Source of the DNA: Candidatus Hermodarchaeota archaeon | GTDB lineage: Archaea; Asgardarchaeota; Heimdallarchaeia; Hodarchaeales; Hodarchaeaceae | NCBI GenBank assembly: GCA_048886185.1 | Contig: JBHLKY010000006.1 | Location: 60,001-92,000 of the forward strand | DNA: 32,000 nt | Direction: 5' to 3' | Notes under the pieces: generated by a model | Told to the model about the DNA's origin: nothing | Databases searched by the model: none | The model's input: the letters and a program-made list of their open reading frames with translations, nothing else | Program-made: the position numbers and the translations under genes | In this document: in pieces, positions 16,341 to 27,719 of the stretch | Numbering within the stretch: the stretch's first letter is position 1 | How the letters are laid out: each line of letters starts with the position of its first letter

Positions 16341-17081
16341 ATGGTTCGTCTCAAAGCAGTATATTTAATCACCGAGGAAGGATTTGTTATCTATAACCAA
16401 TCGTTTGGTGTAACAGAGCAGGATCAGGACATGGTTGGCTCACTTCTTATGGCGTTGAGAAGTTTTGGCAAGGAAGCTTTAGGAGAGGGATCATTGTCTA
16501 AAGTAGACTTTGGAGAAGGAGCAGACATGATTTTGGAATCAGGTAACAGGATAATTGCGATTGCTGTGGTAATCCTCGATAAGGAACATAAAGAGAGAGA
16601 GGAATATGATATTCGTAAAGATTTATTGAAATTTGTAAGAAGAATTGAGGAAATTTACGTGGAAGAACTGGATGACCCCATCTTTCAAAAAAGTGCCTTT
16701 TCAGGGGTTGGAACCCAAATATACCAGCATTTTTTCCGTGATAAAATGTCTAGGATCCACAACAATCAATTTGCTAGTTTGAATGAGTACTTAAAATATC
16801 CAACAACCCTCCTTTTTGAGATAACTCCTAGGGGTGGAAGACTATACAATTTTTATAGAGAATTTCCTAAATTTACTGAATTAATTGGAGATATCCAGAA
16901 GGAGGATTTTGATGAATTGATAGTAGGTATGTTAGATAAAAACAGCATGGTTTCATTTAAAGACTGTCTTGATTATTTCGGTGAAGAACGAATGGATAGA
17001 ATTTTTGAAGTCTTCAAATTTCTTACAAATCGAGGTATGTTCGAGGCGTATAATTTTGAGCGCATAGCTATTGAAACATGA
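16341..17081 (+). CDS. Longin-like domain protein with probable C-terminal winged helix
   Basis: N-terminal beta-beta-alpha-beta-beta-beta-alpha-alpha pattern (AVYLITEEG..IYNQ; DMVGSLLMALRSFGKE; IIAIAVV; IRKDLLKFVRRIEEIY); C-terminal SFKDCLDYF..RIFEVFKFLTNRGMFEAY. Confidence 0.78.
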   Translation: MVRLKAVYLITEEGFVIYNQSFGVTEQDQDMVGSLLMALRSFGKEALGEGSLSKVDFGEGADMILESGNRIIAIAVVILDKEHKEREEYDIRKDLLKFVRRIEEIYVEELDDPIFQKSAFSGVGTQIYQHFFRDKMSRIHNNQFASLNEYLKYPTTLLFEITPRGGRLYNFYREFPKFTELIGDIQKEDFDELIVGMLDKNSMVSFKDCLDYFGEERMDRIFEVFKFLTNRGMFEAYNFERIAIET

Positions 17082-17124
17082 TCACTATAACCAGTAAATC
17101 GGTTTTTACAGGAAGACGAAGATA

Positions 17125-17976
17125 TTAGGGTTCTTTTCGTTGTGTGCGTACAATAAATGCAGTCATCTTTTTCATTTCTTTTTGCATTGACGTAAGTTCA
17201 GCAATAACTCGCTGTTCAACTGCAGTGTTAATCTGTTGATTCATTATCTCTGGGAGGGAGCTAATACTCTGAGTTAATTGACCTGTTGCTTTAACTAATC
17301 TTTGAAGAGTTCCATCTTGTGAAGCTAATTTTTCAGTTACAGATGTTTTTAGCTCGTTGACTGATGCTTCCAAGTAAATAACAATACGGTCACGCAGCGA
17401 AGCCAATTCTACTTGGATTATTGCATTCACACGATCCCGAAGTTCAGCAACAGTAGCTAGCTGATCAGTTTGATTTTCTATTAATGCATTTAAATTACTT
17501 TCAATATTGTCAAGCTTATCTGAAATCACTACAAAATTAGCGGTACTGGCTTCGAATCGGCCTTTTGTTTCCTCGGTAGATGATTCTATCATTCCTGTAA
17601 TATCATTAGATAGTGTTCGCATACTCCCAACAACATCTTCAACATAGCTGACTTTGATAAACTTCAGATCATTCTTTGTTTCTTCAGCTGTGGTCACAAA
17701 AGTCTTTTGGAACGATCCAATGGATTCTTCAAGATTTGTAATGATCAGAGGAAGGTTTTGAATTGAAGTTTGTAATTCTGAACTAATTTTCGAAGCATCT
17801 ACTATTTGTTGGATTGCTGACAACCTTTCCTCAAGATTACTTAATACTAGAAAAGTATTTTGTACTGATGATTGAACCTCTGCCATTATTTTGGAGGGAT
17901 CTGCCACTCTCTGGAGCGATTGCTTTATTTCCAGAACTTGATCCTTAATGTTTTTAATGTCATCTTCTAAGCCCAT
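17125..17976 (-). CDS. Coiled-coil/apolipoprotein-like helical protein with internal 34-aa duplication
   Basis: Continuous amphipathic heptad pattern, no TM; aa 26-59 versus 60-93 share 15/34 identities; GTGAGG RBS. Confidence 0.8.
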   Translation of the reverse strand: MGLEDDIKNIKDQVLEIKQSLQRVADPSKIMAEVQSSVQNTFLVLSNLEERLSAIQQIVDASKISSELQTSIQNLPLIITNLEESIGSFQKTFVTTAEETKNDLKFIKVSYVEDVVGSMRTLSNDITGMIESSTEETKGRFEASTANFVVISDKLDNIESNLNALIENQTDQLATVAELRDRVNAIIQVELASLRDRIVIYLEASVNELKTSVTEKLASQDGTLQRLVKATGQLTQSISSLPEIMNQQINTAVEQRVIAELTSMQKEMKKMTAFIVRTQRKEP

Positions 17977-18134
17977 TCTATTTCCTCACATCTTATTCTA
18001 TCATTATAGAAAAATATTGAACTCAAAAATTCTAAAAGATTTTCGAAACCTTACGACTCTGATAGCTTTTATTTCATTCTTGAAAAAAACCTAGTATGAG
18101 CTTTTGAGGTTTGTTCCAGCATTTCAGAGAATAT

Positions 18135-19217
18135 CTATTTCAAGCGTCTTAAGAAAGTTACAAACGTCTCATTTTCCAACATTGAATTATTCAACCGATT
18201 GATAAGGATGATCGTTTCTGATGAAATTACTCGCTTGATTTCATTTTCTGTGGCATTTTGCGCATCTAGATCAACTACTTTAACAACACTGTAAGAAACA
18301 TTAGGTATTCTTGATTCTAGGTCACCCGTTCCAAGATTATAGTTTTTTAGAACGCCTGAAGAGATTCGAAGAGAATCTTGTAAACTCCGATTGTTCTCTA
18401 AATACTCTGATATGTTTCTATAGTAGCTTTCCACTATCTCTTGAATTTGTTCTTGTTCGGTAGATGTGGGAGTTGAGTCGGGTTCGGAAGGAAACATTCT
18501 ACGAAGGTTTTGTAGTAGACGAGCAGCAGGAGCTTCTCGTAATAATTTTCTTATAAGAACTCTAAGAGTAAAAGCAGGAATTTTAATTATTTCGTGGTGA
18601 TTAGAGAAGTTAGTTTGGTGTTGTATCTCATAACGATGTAGTTCTTTACATGCAGCAAAGTAATAATTGGGAAAACCCAAATGAGATAAACTTGAGTATG
18701 AGGCTAATAATTTTTCAATAGACTCAATTATTCCCCATTTATCAAGATAGACCGCGTTTCGTTGAAAATGACCAATTTGTTCTGGTGTTACCTGAACTAC
18801 TTTCTTTTTTGACACAACTGTAGAAGTTGAATAACTAGAGAGATCCTCAAGTAGAGTAGTTATTTTTGAGTGAATGGCTTCACTTTTTTCTAGAATATTT
18901 AGGTCCGACTCTGGTTGCATGAGTATTTTAGAACAGAACTCCTGAATCATGACCAAAGTTGCAATCAAATCGTCAGTTAAAGGATGTTCCCTCTGTAGAA
19001 TTTGAACTAGATTTGTGCTTAGGTTAATAAGTAAAAGATTTAATCCAATTAAGAGATTAATCTTTTCGCCCATGTTCCCCCGTGATGTCCAAAAGTCCAG
19101 TGAAGGGTATTGAGGTTTCTCAGTCTCAGGTTTGGGTTTGATTTTATCTTCTTCAGATTGTAATAAATCCTGGCTTTTATTAATATTTTCAAATCCTGAA
19201 GGCTCTTTTTCGTCCAC
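18135..19217 (-). CDS. Hypothetical protein directly downstream of the tubulin-like gene
   Basis: 360-aa ORF, GTG start 20 bp after the tubulin-like stop; disordered N-terminus then helical; no motif recognised. Confidence 0.75.
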   Translation of the reverse strand: MDEKEPSGFENINKSQDLLQSEEDKIKPKPETEKPQYPSLDFWTSRGNMGEKINLLIGLNLLLINLSTNLVQILQREHPLTDDLIATLVMIQEFCSKILMQPESDLNILEKSEAIHSKITTLLEDLSSYSTSTVVSKKKVVQVTPEQIGHFQRNAVYLDKWGIIESIEKLLASYSSLSHLGFPNYYFAACKELHRYEIQHQTNFSNHHEIIKIPAFTLRVLIRKLLREAPAARLLQNLRRMFPSEPDSTPTSTEQEQIQEIVESYYRNISEYLENNRSLQDSLRISSGVLKNYNLGTGDLESRIPNVSYSVVKVVDLDAQNATENEIKRVISSETIILINRLNNSMLENETFVTFLRRLK

Positions 19218-19237
19218 TTTGATCCAGCACCATATAT

Positions 19238-20602
19238 TTATTCTGGTTTAATGTAATAACCAAATAATTTTTCCAAATCGTTTACTGCAGCGTCCAATTC
19301 TTTCCGTGTGGTTCCTTTTGATCGTTTAAACCAATGCTGCTTCAATTCCGAGTCTCCACTGTGAAGATTTATGAGAGCTTTAGCCTCCTCAAGAATATCA
19401 TGTAATTCTGGTATTTTTGGCAGACCAAATAATAGAAGAAGTGAGGCACGAGTGGTGTCATCGTCATATGCACAATAAGTTGGAGATATACTCGCACCTT
19501 TAGCTAAAAATGGTGTTAATGCTTTTTTCAAAAGGGGGTCATATTCTACTCGAGCAATATTACGAGGGCCGCTGAGAACAGAGAAAACAGATGACGCTGA
19601 AGGGTTCGTACCCATGTCAGTTAAGCTACAATTGGAAAGAGTGTATTCAACTGCTGTTGAAAATTGAGAGTCCATCCCACCTATTTCAGGGAAGACAGAT
19701 AAATCGTCAAACATTGCAGGTACAACAACACTATCTAATTTTAATGCAAAATCACCAATATCAGTCGTTGGCAGAACTTCTTTTCCTAACTCAGGTACGC
19801 CAGGAGACAACATTTCAGCAATAGATTCTAAAGCTAAAGGGTTAACCAGTTCGACAAATGCCTCCTCCATCTGAGTAGGATATGCTGTGCCATCTTGGCC
19901 AATAATACTTGGAATATTTGGGCCAATCTGTTCACTGCTCAAATCAGCTAGATCTTTTCCTATTTGTCTACTTAATAAATCAACAGATTCCCCGCGTTGC
20001 CAATTTAAAACCCTTTGAAGCATTGTTCTATTAGAAAGAAGAAGAATAAGATCAGGTCCCATATTTCCTTCCTCAAGCTGAAGTCGAAGCAATTTAGATA
20101 GTGCCCAGACGCTGTTTACGGCTTCTGATGACTGGTTAACGAAAGGTAATACCCCAAAGACATAGATGAATATTTTACGTTTTTCTTCCTCCGCAAATCT
20201 CTTTCTTAAAAGACGTATTAAAGCTGGAGTACCTCCACAACCAGTTCCTCCTCCAAAACTAGTGAAAATGCAAAATCCACTGATTCCCTCGTAACCTAGT
20301 CCCTGTAATTGATTTAAAATAATATCCTGGGAATTCATAACAGCATCGTAACCTGAGGAAAATTTTCCACCAACTCCAATCTCTGCGTCTGAATATAGAA
20401 GTGTTCTCTTTTTCGATATGGAATATTTCTTTCGTGCTTTCAATAAGTCACCACGATCGGTATTCAACACTAAGTATTCTCTAATACGTTGGGGTAACTC
20501 TCCTCTCTTGGATCGTGCCAAGTAACTACCCACAAGATTGCTACCGCATTCGCCAATACCGATCGCAAATATCTCAGATTCAGACTCGCCTTCAATTGAC
20601 AT
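19238..20602 (-). CDS. Tubulin/FtsZ-superfamily GTPase (CetZ/tubulin-like)
   Basis: T1 GIGECGSNL, T2 LNTD, T3 GVGGKFSSG, T4 signature SFGGGTGCGG, VLPF, LSN, T7-like TTDIGDF, C-terminal LLLFGLPKIPEL helices. Confidence 0.92.
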   Translation of the reverse strand: MSIEGESESEIFAIGIGECGSNLVGSYLARSKRGELPQRIREYLVLNTDRGDLLKARKKYSISKKRTLLYSDAEIGVGGKFSSGYDAVMNSQDIILNQLQGLGYEGISGFCIFTSFGGGTGCGGTPALIRLLRKRFAEEEKRKIFIYVFGVLPFVNQSSEAVNSVWALSKLLRLQLEEGNMGPDLILLLSNRTMLQRVLNWQRGESVDLLSRQIGKDLADLSSEQIGPNIPSIIGQDGTAYPTQMEEAFVELVNPLALESIAEMLSPGVPELGKEVLPTTDIGDFALKLDSVVVPAMFDDLSVFPEIGGMDSQFSTAVEYTLSNCSLTDMGTNPSASSVFSVLSGPRNIARVEYDPLLKKALTPFLAKGASISPTYCAYDDDTTRASLLLLFGLPKIPELHDILEEAKALINLHSGDSELKQHWFKRSKGTTRKELDAAVNDLEKLFGYYIKPE

Positions 20603-20642
20603 TATGACACACTCAATTCTTTCTTTTTAATTTGTAGCTTGT

Positions 20643-23600
20643 TCAATTCTCCAGTTGGATTCCAGATTTAATTTCTATTAGTAATTTCATTACTAGGCTC
20701 AGATATGAACGAATTACCTTATTATGAGGATAAGTTTCCTTGATTTTCTTTGAAATTTCCTTATACTGTCGTGAGTTTTCCTCAACACTATCTGTCGGAG
20801 TGTATCGAGAACGAAACATACGAATAGCGCGATGCCAATGGTTCAACTGTATAGATACTTTTTTCCATTCTTCTCTTTGTTTATCTATCTTTGGTAATAA
20901 TTCTAATATATATCTGAGATCATGAGAGTCGAGAAACTCTTCTCGTGCTTTTACTAAAGTTGATAAGGGAAAAATACTCTTCGAAGCTTCCTTTGTATAT
21001 CTCTTGAAGACTTCTTGAATATTCGAATAATATTCTAAACCTCCCAACTCTGTTTGCAACGCAGCATTTCTATCCTTTTCGATTTTCTTCATGATTTCAA
21101 TTACTGTTCCTCGAACCGAGACTAGTTCAAGAATCGCTTGTGTTAGCCTGCTAATATGATTAACAGTCGCAGTCTCCTGAAATCGGCTTAAATATGCAAG
21201 ATCCACGTGTTCATCCTGACGTAAATCAATTTGATAGTGATTGAATAGATATTCAACTGTATCCTGGATCTCTGTAATGTATCTTTTTCCCATAGACCTG
21301 ATTTCACGGCAAGCATTTGAATCGGTCTGTAAGCGATCAATTTCTACAAAGACATCTGTTATTTCCCGTAACTCAACATTTTCTTGATTCTTAACAATAA
21401 TTTGACTGAAATTTTCGATGTATCCCCCGACATACTCGATGATGTTTATCCCGACTTCTTTTAAATCATTAACATTTTTCAAAACCCTTCGTGATTCCTG
21501 TACACCATGGGTCAGTAGGATAGCTACGATTTCAGTATCATACATGTAAATGAGCTGATGTAATTTGTGAGCTAATCTCTCATGAGATGCTTCTTCAGCT
21601 TCAAAGTCTGCAATCTTCTTCTCTGCAGCAAATACAGGATCATTGATTGGTGTTATTTCATTTATTCTAGGAAGGCTAACTCTTAACCAATTATAGAGGT
21701 TTTGATGCAGCTTAGCTAGTGAATCTTTCGCCATCTGTAAACTTTCCAAGCTATAACTCTCATAAACGTTGACTAAACGAACAATATCTTTGTGTGTTTT
21801 AATTTCAATCATTTTTTCTTCCATAAGTTTCAGAGTTTCGTTAAAAAAAGTTGCATACTGACTAGGAAGTTTCGAATAGTCTTCTATATGAGAGGAAATT
21901 TCCCGTTCCATCTGTTCAGCCAAGGTGGAAGATTTCCGCTCAATAAAAGCTTGTAATTGCCAATATTCTGTTAAAGCTTCAGAATAATCAAGATCACTAA
22001 TTTCCTTTTCAGTGGAATAAATTAGGCTGCTCTTACGAGATTTTAATAATCGAAAGAGTCTCCTATCGACCCCCTCCAGATTAGCAATTTGTTTCTTCAG
22101 TTCAATAAGAATTTCATTTTTATTTTCTTCAATTTTTTCTAGGAAAGATATGTATTCTTTAATTACAGCTTCAATATTTCCAGATTCTGAGTATTCGTCA
22201 ATTAAAGTGATAGTTTGGTTACGTTTTTCCCTTAGGTCAAATCGTGTCTCTATAGGGATCAAAGGAAATGGAATTGATTTTAAATTTTCACGGATCCGTG
22301 AAGATATTTTGTACTTCCAGATAGGGATCTTTTCGTATTCATCTAAAAACTCTTGAATACTTTTCTGTGATGCTACGCTGATTTCCTCTCTGAAAGTTTT
22401 AATATCATCCAGTGTGAGAATGGGGACATGGGTTTTTAATTTTGGCGGAATCGTCTCTAGATTAGTTAGTTGATTATAAATTGGATGTATTTCTGTATCT
22501 ATTTTGTTCCAAAGTTCAGTCTTAATGTTTGTATTTAGGCGATGAAGTCTTTCTATCTCATGAACTAAATCTCGAATATCTATCTCTTCTACAATTTTAT
22601 GCTTTCTCTGATATTCGATCTGATCTTTCAGGTCATCAGATAGAATATCACGCAAACTTTCACGCGAATCAAAGAGATTTAGCAAATTTTGTCTAAGGCT
22701 TTGTTGAGCTGGCTTAGAGAAATATGCAACCAGACGGGTTTCCCAATCTTTTATTTCTCGAGCTTTGTTACTTAATTCACTAGGAGATAAGGCTTCAAAA
22801 TCACGAATGATTGGGATTTTTGGGCCCTCACTAAGATTTATGACTTCTTGTATGTGAGGATTTTCCAATAATCTGTAGAAATAGTTCTGACATTCTTCAG
22901 CGAGTGATGATTTCAACCCATGATATCTTTTTGCTATTTCTACCCACTCCTGAAGTTCTCTTGTTTCTGAGGCTTTTTTTTCAATCAAACGTACTTCTTT
23001 CTCAAAATTAGGGGGAACTGATATCTTCATTGCCTGAATGGATTTAGAAGCGTTGATTAATTCGGATGTACTGATTATCTTCTTTGTTGCAATGATTTGT
23101 TGCTGACGCCAAGAACGGATTTTCTCAATATCTTGAATAATAGTTGGAATACTTGTCGATGAAACATCAGTTTCAGGAGCTGCTGAATAAGAAGACTCTA
23201 GCTCTACTTTTCCAACAATCTGTATAATTCGTCCGATTTGGTCTTCAGTTTCTGTTTTTAGTGATATTTCGTATGTCCTGAGAGCATTTACGAATTCATT
23301 AGTAAGACTATTCAGTTTCTTTTCTAAACTAATGAGATTTTCAACCGATGTGGTTTTATCCGCACTAACTTGAATTTCTTGTACATCTTCTTTCAAAACA
23401 TCAATTTTTCTCCAAAGATCTAATCCTATTGATGCTACGGTATCAATGTGTTGTTGTAGCTCGGAAGACATTTGAATTATTGCCAGTTGGATTTTTCCTT
23501 CAGTTCCCTTCCGTCGTTGCTTCAAATATGCATTTTCAGCTTCTAACTGACTATATACTTCAAGTAAATCCGTGATCGTCATGACATGTATACTGGTTTT

Positions 23601-24170
23601 TGTTGTTTGATTTGTTACTCGAATCTTTTCTTCATCAAAATTCACAAATTTACCATAAAGCTCTATAATCTCACGATTAAATAACAAAATCGAAACGCTT
23701 TTCCCTCGTAAGACCTCAGAAGTCCGACTATATGTTCTAAGAACATCTGAACTAAATTTTACGATCTCATTGACATTAAAACTAGGAATTTGCAGCTTAC
23801 GAATGGTTTCTGTTTCTTGGGGGATAAATTTAGCAATCTCTTTGATATTATTTGCTAGGTCAAAGTAGATCTTGCGAAAACCAACCAGAAGAGAGTTTAA
23901 CAACTCATCAGTTAGTTTATTATATCTTTCTTTATTCTGCGTAAGAGCTTTCTTGATTCCTCTTTTTTTCAGGAATCCTGCTGTTGGTAAGTCTTTTTCT
24001 AACTTTTCAATTTCACCTATTACTTTTTGTGCTTCATTTAATGCAGGAATAACTTGCACAGTCGGGTCAACTGATCGTAATTCAGTCACCAATTCTCTAA
24101 TCTTGTGTAGAACTTCCTTTGAAACGAGAAGTTCTCTCGAACTCGATTCCGAGGTCATATTAGCTAGCAT
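20643..24170 (-). CDS. 1175-aa all-alpha helical-repeat (rod-like) protein
   Basis: No TM or nucleotide-binding motif; recurring N-cap plus amphipathic helix motif about every 68 aa; stop lies 40 bp before the tubulin-like start. Confidence 0.88.
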   Translation of the reverse strand: MLANMTSESSSRELLVSKEVLHKIRELVTELRSVDPTVQVIPALNEAQKVIGEIEKLEKDLPTAGFLKKRGIKKALTQNKERYNKLTDELLNSLLVGFRKIYFDLANNIKEIAKFIPQETETIRKLQIPSFNVNEIVKFSSDVLRTYSRTSEVLRGKSVSILLFNREIIELYGKFVNFDEEKIRVTNQTTKTSIHVMTITDLLEVYSQLEAENAYLKQRRKGTEGKIQLAIIQMSSELQQHIDTVASIGLDLWRKIDVLKEDVQEIQVSADKTTSVENLISLEKKLNSLTNEFVNALRTYEISLKTETEDQIGRIIQIVGKVELESSYSAAPETDVSSTSIPTIIQDIEKIRSWRQQQIIATKKIISTSELINASKSIQAMKISVPPNFEKEVRLIEKKASETRELQEWVEIAKRYHGLKSSLAEECQNYFYRLLENPHIQEVINLSEGPKIPIIRDFEALSPSELSNKAREIKDWETRLVAYFSKPAQQSLRQNLLNLFDSRESLRDILSDDLKDQIEYQRKHKIVEEIDIRDLVHEIERLHRLNTNIKTELWNKIDTEIHPIYNQLTNLETIPPKLKTHVPILTLDDIKTFREEISVASQKSIQEFLDEYEKIPIWKYKISSRIRENLKSIPFPLIPIETRFDLREKRNQTITLIDEYSESGNIEAVIKEYISFLEKIEENKNEILIELKKQIANLEGVDRRLFRLLKSRKSSLIYSTEKEISDLDYSEALTEYWQLQAFIERKSSTLAEQMEREISSHIEDYSKLPSQYATFFNETLKLMEEKMIEIKTHKDIVRLVNVYESYSLESLQMAKDSLAKLHQNLYNWLRVSLPRINEITPINDPVFAAEKKIADFEAEEASHERLAHKLHQLIYMYDTEIVAILLTHGVQESRRVLKNVNDLKEVGINIIEYVGGYIENFSQIIVKNQENVELREITDVFVEIDRLQTDSNACREIRSMGKRYITEIQDTVEYLFNHYQIDLRQDEHVDLAYLSRFQETATVNHISRLTQAILELVSVRGTVIEIMKKIEKDRNAALQTELGGLEYYSNIQEVFKRYTKEASKSIFPLSTLVKAREEFLDSHDLRYILELLPKIDKQREEWKKVSIQLNHWHRAIRMFRSRYTPTDSVEENSRQYKEISKKIKETYPHNKVIRSYLSLVMKLLIEIKSGIQLEN

Positions 24171-24530
24171 CCTACGGGATTAAGGTGTGGTTTCTACTTG
24201 TTACCATTGTAAGGAGAGGGTTCTTTATATGTTTCAGTATTATTACTGAATTATAGCTCACAATGATTTTTCCTTTTTTAAATTAATCCAATAATTGGAA
24301 CTCTTGAATGTTGGACGAATCAATGAATATCAATATCCTGGCTGAAAACTCTTAAAAAAAGTGATAAATTATATTAAGCAAGTTCCAACTCATATCGATA
24401 ACAGAAAAGAATTTCAGGTAATTATATATAACTCATTTTCAGCTAAATCCTCATTCAGGAGTTTTGATCTGACAAGTGTTCATTCTACTGGAAAATTCGT
24501 AGATTTATAATTTTTGAGGGATTTCTAAAA

Positions 24531-25337
24531 ATGAGAGCTTGTTTGATATCTATTGGAGATGAACTTCTATCAGGTAAAACAGTCAATACAAATGCGACAT
24601 TTCTTGCTAAAAATCTTACAAATTTAGGATTTATTGTAAAGAAAATACTAACTATTCCTGATGATCCAAAAGTTGTACCCAAGGAGATTTTTCAAATAAT
24701 ATCTTCATCTGAATATCGACTTATTCTGATAACAGGAGGCCTAGGCCCAACCTGGGACGATTCAACCTCGGTTTTTCTAGCTAATGCGATTAATGTTTCC
24801 ACAGAACTCAATTCTGAAGCTTTAGCAATAGTTTCAAGGCGATATCAGTCTCTATTTACTAAAAAACTAGTAGAAACGTCTGAGATTACACCAGAACGCC
24901 AAAAAATGGCTATTTTACCCGTTGGAGCTGAACCAATTGATAATCCTATTGGAACTGCGCCTGGCATCTTTCTTGAGCACAAAAATTCCAATACATGGAT
25001 TTTTTGTCTTCCTGGAGTACCCCGTGAAATGAAAGCGATGTATCATCTAATTGCACCAAAAATCTCTATTTTAAAAAATGAAAAACCATTTGGTTATCAT
25101 GAAATGGAAATTACTACATCCTTCAAAGATGAATCTTTACTTGCCCCTTTCCTAACAAAAGTACGTAACAAACATGATGTTTGGATAAAATCACTACCTG
25201 AAGCTTATCAAGAGGAAAAAAATATTCATGTAATCATTTCTAAGTCAGCAGATTCAGAAGAAGATGCCAAAAGAGAAGTTCTTGCAGCAAAAGCCTATCT
25301 TCAAAAACAGATTGACTTATACAGTAATGATAGATAA
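24531..25337 (+). CDS. CinA-like molybdopterin-binding-domain protein (COG1058-type, no PncC domain)
   Basis: IGDELLSG..VNTNA.FLA..L, TGGLGPTWDD, NPIGTAPG, LPGVPREM. Confidence 0.9.
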   Translation: MRACLISIGDELLSGKTVNTNATFLAKNLTNLGFIVKKILTIPDDPKVVPKEIFQIISSSEYRLILITGGLGPTWDDSTSVFLANAINVSTELNSEALAIVSRRYQSLFTKKLVETSEITPERQKMAILPVGAEPIDNPIGTAPGIFLEHKNSNTWIFCLPGVPREMKAMYHLIAPKISILKNEKPFGYHEMEITTSFKDESLLAPFLTKVRNKHDVWIKSLPEAYQEEKNIHVIISKSADSEEDAKREVLAAKAYLQKQIDLYSNDR

Positions 25338-25404
25338 AATATTAATTTTTCTCACAAACTCAGATTAAATTAGTGAAAAATTGATTTAAGGAATTGCTCG
25401 CCAG

Positions 25405-27711
<2,307 letters not shown>

Positions 27712-27719
27712 TTTCCTTC

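Noticed and set aside
19238-20602. Calling the GTPase ftsZ or a true alpha/beta-type tubulin
   Set aside because: It lacks the FtsZ GGGGN/NxDFAD consensus and context, and lacks tubulin MREI/GNNWAKG and an acidic tail; left as superfamily member.
20643-24170. SMC/Rad50 or myosin-like assignment for the 1175-aa protein
   Set aside because: No Walker A/B, hinge or motor motifs.
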